A stretch of 64,000 nt of DNA from an uncultured Arcobacteraceae bacterium (GCA_965603755.1 CBFDEF010000001.1:2052-66051), one strand, 5' to 3'. Counted from the stretch's first letter, positions 46,424 to 57,361 are shown. Made by a program: numbers and translations. The notes: a model not told the origin generated them from the sequence alone.

Positions 46424-46843
46424 TTATCCTTGTACTTGTGCTGTATGAGGGTGTTCTGCACCTTCATAAACTCTTAAGTTTTTAAGTTGTTTAGCACCTA
46501 ATTTTGTTTTTGGTAACATTCCTCTAGCAGATAGTTTAAATAACTTTTCTGGGCTATTTTCTAACATATCAGCCATTTTGTGAGTCTTAGTAGAACCAAA
46601 GTATCCTGAGTGTGTAAAGTATTTTTTATCTGCAAGTTTAGCACCTGTAAATTTTACTTTAGTAGCATTAATAATAACAACATTATCTCCACAATCAATA
46701 TTTGGTGTGAATGAAGGTTTATTTTTCCCTCTTAAAATTGTTGCAACTTCTGTCATAAGTCTACCAAAGATTTTATCTGTAGCATCTATTACAATCCAGT
46801 CTTTTTTAACATCAACTTGATGTAAGCTTTGTGTAAATTTCAT
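46424..46843 (-). CDS. rplM: 50S ribosomal protein L13
   Basis: 'WIVIDA..K.FGRL', 'GDNVVIINA', 'GMLPK'. rplM-rpsI pair. Confidence 0.95.
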   Translation of the reverse strand: MKFTQSLHQVDVKKDWIVIDATDKIFGRLMTEVATILRGKNKPSFTPNIDCGDNVVIINATKVKFTGAKLADKKYFTHSGYFGSTKTHKMADMLENSPEKLFKLSARGMLPKTKLGAKQLKNLRVYEGAEHPHTAQVQG

Positions 46844-46995
46844 TTGAAATATATCCTTTCTTAAAAATAAGTTTGGAATAATAGCAAGATTTACTTAATA
46901 GAAGCTTAAATTAAGTTTCATAAAAGTTTTATCTATTTTTTCATTATATATTCTTATATAATAAGAGATTTATACATATTTATATATAATAGAAT

Positions 46996-48192
46996 ATGTT
47001 TGATAAAGAATTTTTAAAAACCCTTACAATAATGTATGTAGAAGATGATGAAAGTATTCGTGGTTCACTTAGTGGAATATTTAAAAAAATATTTGGTGAA
47101 GTTGTAATATGTAATGATGGTAACGATGGTGTAAATCAATTTAAATACTACACTCAAGAGAGAAAATCTAAAATCGATGCTATAGTTAGTGATATTAACA
47201 TGCCAAATTTAAATGGTATTGATATGGTTAAAGAGATAAGAACCATCGATGAAGATATACCTGTTATATTTACTACTGCTCATGGAGAATCAAGTTTTTT
47301 AATGGAAGCAATTAAACTTAAAATTGCTTATTATGCATTGAAACCAATAAATACTACTGAACTATTACAAAATATATCAAAGTTTTGTATGATAGAGCAC
47401 AATAAATTAATGGTTCAAAAAAAAGAGAAAGAGATTTCTCAATATATGGATATTATGAATAATATTGCTTCAATTTTTAGTATTAACAATGAAGGTAATA
47501 TAGTAGAAGCAAATGAAAAATTATCTGAAATATCAGAATATTCAAATGAAGAATTATTGAGTATTAATATTAGTGATTTATTACACTCTGATGCTATAAT
47601 TACAAATTATAATGATATTGTAAAGTTAGTAGAAAATAGTGATACATATAATGGTAAAATTAAATTTAAATCAAAGTCACAAAATGCTTTTTATCTAAAT
47701 ATGACTATTATTCAATCACTAAATAACTCTACGGGTAAACAAGAAGGTTATATCTGTATAGGTCTTGACCAAACTGGTACTGAATTAGAGAAGCAACAAA
47801 CAATGCAAAGAGTTAGAAAAAACATTATAGAACAAAGATCAAAAGAATCTGATCTTTCTAGACAGATTAAAATATTAGAAACTCAAAATAGTAAATTAGC
47901 TCAAGATGCTGTTAATAATAAAGATGCAGATTTTATAATCTCTGCTTTAAATAAAGAGAAACAAAAAGTATTATCTTTAAATGCACAAGTTAGCCACTAT
48001 GAAAAAGAGGTTTCAAACTTAACAAGACAAAAAGATATGATTGTAAGTGATGAAAAAGCAAAAAAAGCTGAAATAATGCAAAAAAGTAAAGAACTTTCAA
48101 AAGAGAATCACACTTTACAAACTAAAGTTATTGAATTGCAAGCTGTTATAACACAACTACAAGAGAAACAAAGAGGAAAAACTGTAGGATGA
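46996..48192 (+). CDS. Response regulator: receiver, PAS, then a long coiled coil, with no recognisable output domain
   Basis: Receiver 'IMYVEDDE', 'IVSDINMPNLNG', 'ALKP'. PAS-like 'NNEGNIVEANEKLSEISEYSNEEL'. The last ~130 aa are heptad-rich and K/E/Q-rich. Confidence 0.8.
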   Translation: MFDKEFLKTLTIMYVEDDESIRGSLSGIFKKIFGEVVICNDGNDGVNQFKYYTQERKSKIDAIVSDINMPNLNGIDMVKEIRTIDEDIPVIFTTAHGESSFLMEAIKLKIAYYALKPINTTELLQNISKFCMIEHNKLMVQKKEKEISQYMDIMNNIASIFSINNEGNIVEANEKLSEISEYSNEELLSINISDLLHSDAIITNYNDIVKLVENSDTYNGKIKFKSKSQNAFYLNMTIIQSLNNSTGKQEGYICIGLDQTGTELEKQQTMQRVRKNIIEQRSKESDLSRQIKILETQNSKLAQDAVNNKDADFIISALNKEKQKVLSLNAQVSHYEKEVSNLTRQKDMIVSDEKAKKAEIMQKSKELSKENHTLQTKVIELQAVITQLQEKQRGKTVG

Positions 48193-48470
48193 CATTTATA
48201 GATTTTAAAAAGTCATTACTTGATGCAGATATTACATTACCAAAATTCGCTAACTTAATAAAAGTTAGCGATAAAAATATCCAATCTTATAAAAAGAAGG
48301 GTGAAGTACCTAATACTATTGCAGTTATTGCAAAATCATTTGCTCTTATGTCACAAAAAGATATTAATTATAAAGATCATATAAAAGAGTTAAATCTAAA
48401 ACAAAAGAAAAAACAGGGTTCTGGATTCTCTGTAAAAAAACAAGAAATTCCATCTGAAAAAGAAGTATAA
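48189..48470 (+). CDS. Small HTH (XRE-like) protein, translationally coupled to the regulator
   Basis: ATGA start/stop overlap with the upstream gene. 'TLPKFANLIKVSDKNIQSYKKKGEVP' looks like a helix-turn-helix. Basic tail. Confidence 0.5.
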   Translation: MTFIDFKKSLLDADITLPKFANLIKVSDKNIQSYKKKGEVPNTIAVIAKSFALMSQKDINYKDHIKELNLKQKKKQGSGFSVKKQEIPSEKEV

Positions 48471-48614
48471 TTAATTTCTAAATTTTCTAGTAATAAATTA
48501 TATACTTTTCACATATAAACTATAACTTTCCCATAAATACCTATCAATTTTTAAAGCGTAACCTAACATATATAATAATAAAATGCCCCATAATTTATAA
48601 AAAGGTTTATAATA

Positions 48615-50198
48615 ATGGATATTAAAACTATTAAAACAATGGAAAAAGTTACAACAAAAACACAAAGTGGTGGATTCTCAAGATTAGCTATTGCATTTGT
48701 ATTTATTGCGATTGTATTTGTATGGACATCTCTTACACATGGAGAGATTCAAAATAATACATTTTTAATCATAGGTGCAGTTTTTGGGGCTTACATGGCT
48801 ATGAATATTGGTGCGAACGATGTAGCAAACAATGTTGGTCCTGCTGTTGGAAGTGGTGCTTTAACCATGTTTTGGGCAATTGTAATTGCCGCAATTTTTG
48901 AAGGTGCTGGGGCATTAATTGCTGGTGGTGAAGTTGTAAAAACAATTAAGAAAGGGATTATTGATCCTGCAATGATTGCTAACCCTGAGATTTTTATCTG
49001 GGCTATGACTGCTGCTTTACTTAGTGCAGCAGTTTGGTTAAACTTTGCTACATATATTGGCGCTCCTGTTTCTACTACTCACTCTATTGTTGGTGGAGTT
49101 ATGGGTGCTGGTATTGCTGCAGCTGGATTTACTATTGTTTCATGGGGTACAATGGGTAAAATTGCGGCATCTTGGATAATATCACCAGTACTAGGTGGTA
49201 TTATTGCGGCATTATTTCTCTATTTAATTAAATCAAAAATTATACATCAAGAAAATATGTTAGAGAGTGCAAAAAAAGTTGTACCAATTTTAGTATCTAT
49301 TATGGCTATGGCATTTGCAACATATTTAATGCTAAAAGGTGTAAAAAAGATTGTAAAAGTTGATTTCTTAACAGCCTTAGCAATTGGAACTGCATTTGCT
49401 ATTGCTATATACTATGTAATAAAACCTATGATTTCAAAAGCAGCAGATAAATTAGAACATACTAGAGTTGGAGTTAATAGTTTATTTACTATCCCATTAA
49501 TCTTTGCAGCTGCACTTCTTAGTTTTGCCCATGGTGCAAATGATGTTGCAAATGCAATAGGACCATTAGCCGCTATAAATGATGCAATAATGAATGGTGG
49601 AATATCTAAAAAAGCTGAGATACCAATTTGGGTTATGTCTGTTGGTGCAATTGGTATAGCTATTGGACTTGCTTTATATGGACCAAAGCTTATTAAAACA
49701 GTTGGTAGTGAGATAACAGAACTAGATCAAATGAGAGCATTTTCTATAGCTATGGCAGCAGCCATTACAGTTATCATTGCATCACAATTAGGTCTTCCTG
49801 TATCTTCGACACATATTGCTGTTGGTGGTGTATTTGGTGTTGGATTTTTAAGAGAGTATCTTGATAGAGGTGAAAGTAAATTTCTTGAATCAGTTAGAGA
49901 AAAATTTAAAGCTGATAAAAAAGAGTTAGATAATTTACAATTAGAATTTAATAAACTTGAAAAGATTGAAGAAAAAACAAAATTAAACTATGAAAGAATA
50001 GTTGAACTTTATAAACTAATTGATGAAAAACAAGAGCTTGTTAAAGTTGAGAAAAAAGAGTTTAAATCTGCTAAAAATATAAAATATGTAAAAAGAGATG
50101 CGGTTAAAAAGATTATCGCTGCATGGATTATTACTGTACCTGCGGCTGCAACTTTAAGTGCAGGTGTATTCTTTATGATAAAAGGGATTATGAGTTAA
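48615..50198 (+). CDS. Inorganic phosphate transporter, PiT family
   Basis: Duplicated signature 'GANDVANNVGPAVG' and 'GANDVANAIGPLA', with a large charged central/C-proximal loop. Confidence 0.9.
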   Translation: MDIKTIKTMEKVTTKTQSGGFSRLAIAFVFIAIVFVWTSLTHGEIQNNTFLIIGAVFGAYMAMNIGANDVANNVGPAVGSGALTMFWAIVIAAIFEGAGALIAGGEVVKTIKKGIIDPAMIANPEIFIWAMTAALLSAAVWLNFATYIGAPVSTTHSIVGGVMGAGIAAAGFTIVSWGTMGKIAASWIISPVLGGIIAALFLYLIKSKIIHQENMLESAKKVVPILVSIMAMAFATYLMLKGVKKIVKVDFLTALAIGTAFAIAIYYVIKPMISKAADKLEHTRVGVNSLFTIPLIFAAALLSFAHGANDVANAIGPLAAINDAIMNGGISKKAEIPIWVMSVGAIGIAIGLALYGPKLIKTVGSEITELDQMRAFSIAMAAAITVIIASQLGLPVSSTHIAVGGVFGVGFLREYLDRGESKFLESVREKFKADKKELDNLQLEFNKLEKIEEKTKLNYERIVELYKLIDEKQELVKVEKKEFKSAKNIKYVKRDAVKKIIAAWIITVPAAATLSAGVFFMIKGIMS

Positions 50199-50200
50199 AA

Positions 50201-50222
50201 ATAGAAGATTTAAATCTTCTAT
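50201..50222. terminator. Bidirectional terminator between the convergent PiT and mnmG genes
   Basis: Perfect 22-nt palindrome atagaagattt/aaatcttctat flanked by AAAA and TTTTT. The mnmG stop codon (50219-50221) lies inside the hairpin. Confidence 0.7.
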
Positions 50223-52090
50223 TTTTTCTTTGCTTTTAAATCTATATTTAAATGTATAATATCTATAGCACTAGGTGTTACTCCACTAATTTGTGAAGCG
50301 TTAAATAGTGTTGGAGGGTTAAACTTTTTTAGTTTCTCAATAACTTCAGAAGATAATCCTGGCAACTCATCATAGATAAAATTTTCTGGTATTTTTAAAT
50401 CTAATAGTTTCTTCATCTTTTCTATTTGCTTTTTTTGTTTTGCAATATATCTATAATATTTTGCTTCTATAATTATCTGCTCTTTTAGATAATCTGGAGT
50501 ATCTTTTAAACTTGGCACTAACTTATCAAACTTATCTTTAGTAATTGTATTTCTACCTACTAAATCTATAAGTAAAATTTTATCAGATATTTTATCTTCC
50601 TCTAACTCTTCAAGTAGCGCAAGGTTTTCTTTTTTTGAAGTGAACCAAATCCCCTCCATAAACTCAACTGCATCATCTAAAGTTTTTTGTTTATGTTTCA
50701 TAATGTTAAAAGTATCTTGATCAATTAATCCAAAGTTATATCCATACTCCATAAGTCTTAAATCTGCTGATTCTTCTCTTAAAAGAAGTCTATACTCTGC
50801 CCTACTTGTAAACATTCTATATGGTTCATTTGTCCCTTTAGTAACTAAATCATCAATAAGTACACCAATATAACTCTCATCTCGTCTTAGAACAAATGGC
50901 TCTTTTTCATCTATAGATAAAGATGCATTTATACCTGCCATTAAACCTTGAGCAGCGGCCTCTTCATATCCAGTAGTTGCATTAATTTGACCAGCAAGAT
51001 AAAGGTTTTTAACTTTTTTTGTTTCAAGTGTATGTAAAAGTTCTGTGGGATCCACATAATCATACTCTATAGCATAAGCATATCTTACAATTTTTGCATT
51101 TTCTAAACCTTTTATAGAGTGTATTTTTTGTTTTTGTACATCTAAAGGTAAAGATGAAGAGAGTCCATTTATATAATACTCATTAGCATTTAAAGTTTGT
51201 GGCTCTAAAAATAGTTGATGCCTATCTCTTTCGGCAAATCTATTAACTTTATCCTCTATACTTGGACAATATCTTGGACCAGTTCCCTCGATTTGACCTG
51301 TAAAAAGTGGTGCTCTATCAAAGTTTGTTCTAATGATATCATGTGTATCAATGTTTGTATATGTGATATAACAAGGTAGTTGAGTTGGATTAAAAGTTTC
51401 TTTAGAAGTTCTAAAACTAAAAGGGTGTGGTTTCTCATCCCCACCGTGAGCTTCCATAACTGAAAAGTCTATTGAGTTTACATTTATCCTAGCTGGTGTT
51501 CCTGTTTTTAGTCTTCCTACATTTAAATTTAACTCTTTTAGTTGTGTTGATATTGTTGTAGCTGGTTGTTCCCATGCTCGTCCCGCTGGGTATTGAGCTT
51601 CACCTATATGGATAAGCCCTTTCATAAATGTACCAGTAGTTAAGATAACTTTTTTTGCTCCAAACACTTCACCAAGCTTTGTATTTACTCCTGATACAAC
51701 ATTATCATTAACTATAAGAGAAGATACTTCATCTTGATATACATCTAAGTTTGGTGTATTCAAACATATATTTCTCATATATATTCTATAAGCATCCATA
51801 TCTATTTGTGCACGACTTCCTTGAACAGCTGCCCCTTTACTTCCATTTAGTATTCTAAATTGAATACCTGTAGCATCAGTACATAAACCCATTTGTCCAC
51901 CAAGAGCATCAAGCTCTCTTACTAAGTGTCCTTTTGCAAGTCCACCAATAGCAGGATTACAACTAGCAGCGCCTATTTGTTCAACTAACATAGTTATTAG
52001 TAAAGTTTTTTTACCCATTCTCGCAGATGCTAAACAAGCTTCTATACCTGCATGTCCACCACCAACTACAATTACATCATATTTCGTCAT
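50219..52090 (-). CDS. mnmG: tRNA uridine-5-carboxymethylaminomethyl modification enzyme MnmG (GidA)
   Basis: '[15 protein letters not shown]', '[16 protein letters not shown]', 'GPRYCPSIE'. 623 aa. Confidence 0.95.
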   Translation of the reverse strand: MTKYDVIVVGGGHAGIEACLASARMGKKTLLITMLVEQIGAASCNPAIGGLAKGHLVRELDALGGQMGLCTDATGIQFRILNGSKGAAVQGSRAQIDMDAYRIYMRNICLNTPNLDVYQDEVSSLIVNDNVVSGVNTKLGEVFGAKKVILTTGTFMKGLIHIGEAQYPAGRAWEQPATTISTQLKELNLNVGRLKTGTPARINVNSIDFSVMEAHGGDEKPHPFSFRTSKETFNPTQLPCYITYTNIDTHDIIRTNFDRAPLFTGQIEGTGPRYCPSIEDKVNRFAERDRHQLFLEPQTLNANEYYINGLSSSLPLDVQKQKIHSIKGLENAKIVRYAYAIEYDYVDPTELLHTLETKKVKNLYLAGQINATTGYEEAAAQGLMAGINASLSIDEKEPFVLRRDESYIGVLIDDLVTKGTNEPYRMFTSRAEYRLLLREESADLRLMEYGYNFGLIDQDTFNIMKHKQKTLDDAVEFMEGIWFTSKKENLALLEELEEDKISDKILLIDLVGRNTITKDKFDKLVPSLKDTPDYLKEQIIIEAKYYRYIAKQKKQIEKMKKLLDLKIPENFIYDELPGLSSEVIEKLKKFNPPTLFNASQISGVTPSAIDIIHLNIDLKAKKK

Positions 52091-52207
52091 ATTTTACCTT
52101 GATATTTATATTACTATTTATGTGCAATTATAGTGTATTATCAAATAATAAGCAATTAATTCTAATTTAAGTATAATCAAAGCAAAAAATATAAAAGAGG
52201 TAGAAAA

Positions 52208-53095
52208 TTGATAGATACTAAATGTGGATTTGTAGCAACTGTAGGTAGACCAAATGCTGGAAAAAGTTCACTATTAAACTGGCTAGTTGGAGAAAAAATC
52301 ACTATGGTTTCGCATAAAGCGAATGCTACAAGAAAAAGATCAAATGTTATTGTTATGAATGGCGATGATCAAATAGTATTTGTTGATACTCCTGGTATCC
52401 ATGAAAATGAAAAGCTTATAAATAAGTTTATGTTAGAAGAGGCTCTTAAAGCTATTGGTGATTGTGATCTGATTTTATTCTTAGCACCAGTTACTGATCA
52501 GCTTAAATATTACGAAGACTTCTTAACTAAAAATAAGAAAAATACAAAACATATTTTACTTCTTACTAAAACAGACTTTGTAACACAAGCAGAAGTTTTA
52601 GACAAAATTGAAGAGTATAGAAAATATGATGATAAGTATGAGTCTTTAATGAGTGTATCTATTAAAAAAGGGCATGATTATAAAGATATATTAAATGAGA
52701 TTGTTAAATATCTTCCAGTATCACCGCCACTTTTTGATACAGAGATTATGACAACTTCTCATTTAAGAGAACTTTATAAAGAGTTTATAAGAGAGTCTGT
52801 TTTTGATAATATTAGTGATGAGATACCTTATGAAGCAGATGTTATTATTGACAAAGTTGAAGAGAAAGATAATATTGATGTTATAAAAGCAACTATTGTT
52901 GTTGAAAAATCAACTCAAAAAGGGATGATTATAGGAAAAGGTGGTGTTGCTATTAAAAGAATAGGATACAGTGCCAGAAAAAAAATAGAAAGACTTACTC
53001 AAAAGAAAGTTTATCTTGAACTATTTGTATCAGTTAAAAAAGGTTGGACAAAAAACAAAAACTCACTTAGTGAGTTAGGTTATAACTTCGACTAA
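52208..53095 (+). CDS. era: GTPase Era
   Basis: G1 'GRPNAGKSSLLN', G3 'DTPG', G4 'TKTD', C-terminal KH domain 'IIGKGGVAIKRIG'. TTG start with AGAGG 8 nt upstream. Confidence 0.95.
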   Translation: MIDTKCGFVATVGRPNAGKSSLLNWLVGEKITMVSHKANATRKRSNVIVMNGDDQIVFVDTPGIHENEKLINKFMLEEALKAIGDCDLILFLAPVTDQLKYYEDFLTKNKKNTKHILLLTKTDFVTQAEVLDKIEEYRKYDDKYESLMSVSIKKGHDYKDILNEIVKYLPVSPPLFDTEIMTTSHLRELYKEFIRESVFDNISDEIPYEADVIIDKVEEKDNIDVIKATIVVEKSTQKGMIIGKGGVAIKRIGYSARKKIERLTQKKVYLELFVSVKKGWTKNKNSLSELGYNFD

Positions 53096-53097
53096 AT

Positions 53098-54030
53098 ATG
53101 AAAAAAAGGGATAATGTTAAAATAATAGATTCAAAAACTATTACAACATTATCTCAAAAAGTTACTCAACAAATAGATCCTAAACACTTATCAAAATTTA
53201 TAAAAACCACCATATTAAACAGTAATATAGCAACAAACAAAAATAGCTTTTATTATTATACTTTTATAGAGTCTTCTTTATCTTATGAGATTTTAATATT
53301 TAAAAATAAAGATTTAACAAATTTTATCTTGGAGCCATTCTTATTATTAAGTTATTACAATAGAAATGACAATAAAGAAAATGTAGATGTTTTTATTTTA
53401 GAAGATAGATTTATATTATTTAAAAATCAAAAGTTTAAAATGTTCAAAAATATTCAAAATGTCTCTTTAAATGATATAGAAATATATATAAATCAAACAT
53501 ATAATATAAAAGTAGATAATTTTATTAATATAAACAAAGAAGAACTTGAAAATTTAAAAGATGACTATTTAAAAAACAATTATAAAAAAGTACAATATAA
53601 GTTTGATAGTATAATTGAAGATAGAAGTTTTTCTGTGTTTCAAATATTTTTATTAATTTCTACAATGCTATTTCTCTATATTATGTATCAAAACATATCT
53701 AATTCAAACTCAGTAAAAGAAAAAGACTCAACTTCGGCTCAAACTGTATTAGCTCAAAACAGTTATAACAAGTTAGAAAGAATTTATAAAAAGAACAATA
53801 CTAAAACTATGCATAAAACAATAGAATTATTTAAATATTTAAAAGTTAATAAGATTACTATTGAGTCATTTGAATATAAAAATAATAAAATTTATGCAAA
53901 ACTTGTAGATACGAATAAAAAAACATTATTAGATTTTCTTACTATTTATACTGACAATATGGAAGTAAATGCAATACAATTTAATCAAAAAGATTCAAAA
54001 TTTAAAATGGATGTTACTCTAAAAATATAA
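53098..54030 (+). CDS. Bitopic membrane protein, possible GspL / PilM-PilN-like assembly-platform component
   Basis: ~185-aa cytoplasmic part, TM 'FSVFQIFLLISTMLFLYIMY', ~100-aa periplasmic part with an alternating beta/alpha pattern. Assignment rests on topology and context only. Confidence 0.4.
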   Translation: MKKRDNVKIIDSKTITTLSQKVTQQIDPKHLSKFIKTTILNSNIATNKNSFYYYTFIESSLSYEILIFKNKDLTNFILEPFLLLSYYNRNDNKENVDVFILEDRFILFKNQKFKMFKNIQNVSLNDIEIYINQTYNIKVDNFININKEELENLKDDYLKNNYKKVQYKFDSIIEDRSFSVFQIFLLISTMLFLYIMYQNISNSNSVKEKDSTSAQTVLAQNSYNKLERIYKKNNTKTMHKTIELFKYLKVNKITIESFEYKNNKIYAKLVDTNKKTLLDFLTIYTDNMEVNAIQFNQKDSKFKMDVTLKI

Positions 54031-54068
54031 TATTATATCAATTTAATCCTATAAATCCAAAATAAATT

Positions 54069-54788
54069 ATGTTACTGTTTTTTATGAATTTAAAAATAAA
54101 CTTCCTAAAATTATCACTAATTCAAAAGATTGAACTATATATAATAGTAGTAATATTTTATGTCTTGGCGATTTATATTTATAATGAATTTTTTATTCAC
54201 AACAATACTATTAAAACAACGTCAAAAATTAGTTCTTCATCTATAAATAAAGTTCAAAATTTAAAGTCTAAAGTAACACAAAAAAATAGCACCTACTTAT
54301 TTAAGTTAATAGAACAAAAAAGTGAAACACTTGACTGTTTTATATATGATATAAAAATCCAAGAACAAACTATGAAATTAAGTATTAAAGGGAAACTAAA
54401 CAATATAATAAATTTTTTGAATTATCTTCAAAATCATTTTATTATACAACAATTTGAACTAATATACGAAAAGAATACTCTGTTTTCAACTATAACATTA
54501 GATACTTTATATTTTTATAATCCACATAAAATATACAATAAGATAACTAATATTCCAAATCCATTTATTAATATTTCCAAAAACTACAATATAAAAATTG
54601 AAAAAATAGATGCAATATTAAAAATAGATGCAATAGTTGATTCTAATATTTTTATTAATAATAAATGGTACAAGCAAAATGATATTGTAGATGGAAAAAA
54701 AATACTTTTTGTAGAGTTAAATAGAGTAGAATTAATTGATATTAAAACCTCTAAAAAAACTTATATAAAGGTTTATAATGAAAATTGA
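54069..54788 (+). CDS. Bitopic membrane protein, possible GspM/PilO-like plus PilP/GspC-like beta domain
   Basis: N-terminal TM 'IELYIIVVIFYVLAIYIY'. The C-terminus 'INNKWYKQNDIVDGKKILFVELNRVELID' resembles PilP/GspC HR-type strands. Overlaps the ATPase gene by 11 nt. Confidence 0.4.
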   Translation: MLLFFMNLKINFLKLSLIQKIELYIIVVIFYVLAIYIYNEFFIHNNTIKTTSKISSSSINKVQNLKSKVTQKNSTYLFKLIEQKSETLDCFIYDIKIQEQTMKLSIKGKLNNIINFLNYLQNHFIIQQFELIYEKNTLFSTITLDTLYFYNPHKIYNKITNIPNPFINISKNYNIKIEKIDAILKIDAIVDSNIFINNKWYKQNDIVDGKKILFVELNRVELIDIKTSKKTYIKVYNEN

Positions 54789-56184
54789 TAATTTGTTAAA
54801 ATATGATATAGACTATTCACTACTAAATAATATCGATTTTGAATCAATTTTATCGCAATACTCCATAATGCCAATATCTAATGATATTTTATATTTAGTT
54901 GTTGCTACTTCAAATATTGATCAAGATATACAAAAACTAAATAATATTTTTAAACAACCAATAAAGCTAATATATATAGAACATAAATCATTGGAGTTTG
55001 AATGGAAATATTTAGATTTAAAAAGAGAGTTATATCAACTTGCAATTAACTCACTAAATGACAATAATTCCTTACAAGAGAACTCATTTATTTTAGACTT
55101 TATGGATAAAATATTTCAGTTTTCTTTGGAATCTGATGTAAGTGATATACATATAGAAGTTTTAGCTAACAGTGTAATAATAAGACTGCGAATAGATGGT
55201 GTATTAAATCAATTTTTTAGATTTCATAGTAATTTATACTTGCCAGTTAGTTCAATTGTAAAATATCTATCTTCTCTAGATATATCACAAAAAAGGTTAC
55301 CACTCAATGGCAGGTTTACTAGAGAAATAGATAATAAACAAATCGATTTTAGACTCTCTACTATACCTACTATATATGGTGAATCAATTGTTATAAGATT
55401 ACTTGATAATAATAATTTGAAAAATAACTTAGATGATATAAAGTTTGAAACAAATACATTAAACACAATTAAAAAGATGATAAACCTAACTCAAGGTATG
55501 ATTTTAGTTACAGGACCCACTGGAAGTGGAAAAACTACTACGCTGTACTCAATGTTAAACAACCTTAATCACAAAGAGAAAAAAATCATTACAATTGAAG
55601 ATCCAGTGGAATACAAACTAGATGGGATAATTCAAATTAACATTAATGAAGATATTGAATTAAACTATAATAGAATTTTAAAAAATATTTTAAGACAAGA
55701 TCCTGATATTTTGATGATAGGCGAAATAAGAGATAAAGAATCTTTAAAAATTGCTATGCAAGCATCTTTAACAGGACATTTAGTAATATCAACACTCCAC
55801 ACAAATAATGCAATAGAGACAATTACACGACTAATGGATTTAGATGCACCAAACTATTTAATAGCTACAACTATTAAAATGATTTTATCTCAAAGACTTC
55901 TACGAGTTTTATGTAAAGATTGTAAAAAGTTTGATGATACAACACAAAGTTATCAAAGTGTAGGATGTGTTTCATGTAATCTTACTGGATACCAAAATAG
56001 AGATGTGGTAACTGAAATTGTAGAATTTGATGCAGAGATAAAACATATGATATCTAATAACCATACTATTTTAGATATTCAAGAATATTTAAAAGAAAAT
56101 AATTTTAAGTCAATGAAAGATAATGGTAAGAAAATGGTAGATGAGGGATTAACATCCTTGGAGGAATATTTTGGAAAAATTTAA
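54778..56184 (+). CDS. GspE/PilB-family secretion ATPase (CtsE-like)
   Basis: Walker A 'GPTGSGKTT', Asp box 'ITIEDPVEY', Walker B 'ILMIGEIRD', His box 'GHLVISTLHTN', tetracysteine 'CKDC...CVSC'. Confidence 0.9.
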   Translation: MKIDNLLKYDIDYSLLNNIDFESILSQYSIMPISNDILYLVVATSNIDQDIQKLNNIFKQPIKLIYIEHKSLEFEWKYLDLKRELYQLAINSLNDNNSLQENSFILDFMDKIFQFSLESDVSDIHIEVLANSVIIRLRIDGVLNQFFRFHSNLYLPVSSIVKYLSSLDISQKRLPLNGRFTREIDNKQIDFRLSTIPTIYGESIVIRLLDNNNLKNNLDDIKFETNTLNTIKKMINLTQGMILVTGPTGSGKTTTLYSMLNNLNHKEKKIITIEDPVEYKLDGIIQININEDIELNYNRILKNILRQDPDILMIGEIRDKESLKIAMQASLTGHLVISTLHTNNAIETITRLMDLDAPNYLIATTIKMILSQRLLRVLCKDCKKFDDTTQSYQSVGCVSCNLTGYQNRDVVTEIVEFDAEIKHMISNNHTILDIQEYLKENNFKSMKDNGKKMVDEGLTSLEEYFGKI

Positions 56185-57361
56185 AATTACATATCAGAAT
56201 AACAATAAAATAGAAAATATAACTATTGAATCTAAAAATATTGATACATTAAAAAATGAACCTCTATATCCAAATAATATTATAAATATTAAAAGTAAAA
56301 AAAATTTAAATATAGATATACCAATATTTAAAAATAATAAGAAACTTGTATTTGAATTATTTACACAACTTAGCATTATGCTAAATGCAAACTTAACATT
56401 AAGCCAATCTATTGAACTTATTCTAAAATCAAAACAAGAAAAAGATATAAAAGAGATTTTAGTCTTAATTGAAGATTCTATAAATAGTGGAAAACCCATA
56501 GATAAAGTCTTAATGTATCATAAAAAGTTTTTAGGTAATAGTTCACTTCTATTTTTAAAACTAGGTATTGAAAATGGAAATATAAAAGAATCAATCGCTT
56601 CTCTTGTTGAACTATTAAATGAAGATAAAAAAAGTCGTGATAAACTAAATGATGTAATCCGTTATCCAATGATTTTAATTGTATCATTGTTTATCTCAAT
56701 AGCAATGATTTTTTTATATGTTATACCAAACTTTGAGTATATATTTAAAATGCTTGATGGAAATCTGCCACTTTCAACACAAATTTTACTTTCAATAAAA
56801 GATTTTTTAGAGAATTATATACTATTTGTATTTTTAATTATTATTGGAATTATAGTTTCTATATTTCTTTTATATTTGAAGTTTAAATATAATTTTGATA
56901 AATTTTTTATTAATAAAATACCAATATTAAGTAACCTGATTAAAAGTTATCTTTTTTTTAAACTTTTTTTATCAATATCAATAATTGTAAAATCTAAATA
57001 CCAATTTCAAGTAGCTATTGTACATAGTAAAAATATAATAAAAAATCTATATATTCAAAAATGTATGGAGGAGATATTTACAAATATTAAAAAAGGTAAC
57101 TCAATAGCCGCATCTTTTGAAAAGAGTTTATTATTTGATGATTTAACAATTAGATTACTTTACACTGCAGAACAAACAAATAATTATGAGATAATATTAA
57201 ATAACATTACACTCTATTATAAACAAAAATTTAATGAAAGTATAAAAAACTTTTCATCTATTTTAGAACCAATAATTATATTTATAATATCTCTAGTTGT
57301 ATTATGGTTAATATTAGCAGTTATGTTACCAATATGGAATTTAAGTAGTATTATTCAATAA
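56171..57361 (+). CDS. GspF/PilC-family inner-membrane platform protein (CtsF-like)
   Basis: Two repeated T2SF-type halves with 3 TM segments. 396 aa. Overlaps the ATPase gene by 14 nt. Confidence 0.85.
   Translation: MEKFKITYQNNNKIENITIESKNIDTLKNEPLYPNNIINIKSKKNLNIDIPIFKNNKKLVFELFTQLSIMLNANLTLSQSIELILKSKQEKDIKEILVLIEDSINSGKPIDKVLMYHKKFLGNSSLLFLKLGIENGNIKESIASLVELLNEDKKSRDKLNDVIRYPMILIVSLFISIAMIFLYVIPNFEYIFKMLDGNLPLSTQILLSIKDFLENYILFVFLIIIGIIVSIFLLYLKFKYNFDKFFINKIPILSNLIKSYLFFKLFLSISIIVKSKYQFQVAIVHSKNIIKNLYIQKCMEEIFTNIKKGNSIAASFEKSLLFDDLTIRLLYTAEQTNNYEIILNNITLYYKQKFNESIKNFSSILEPIIIFIISLVVLWLILAVMLPIWNLSSIIQ

Noticed and set aside
49860-50100. A long charged coiled-coil-like insert in the PiT transporter, as a possible gene fusion.
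   Set aside because: PiT-family transporters normally carry a large hydrophilic loop between their two homologous halves or near the last helices. The reading frame is continuous, and the hydrophobic C-terminal helix resumes after the insert.
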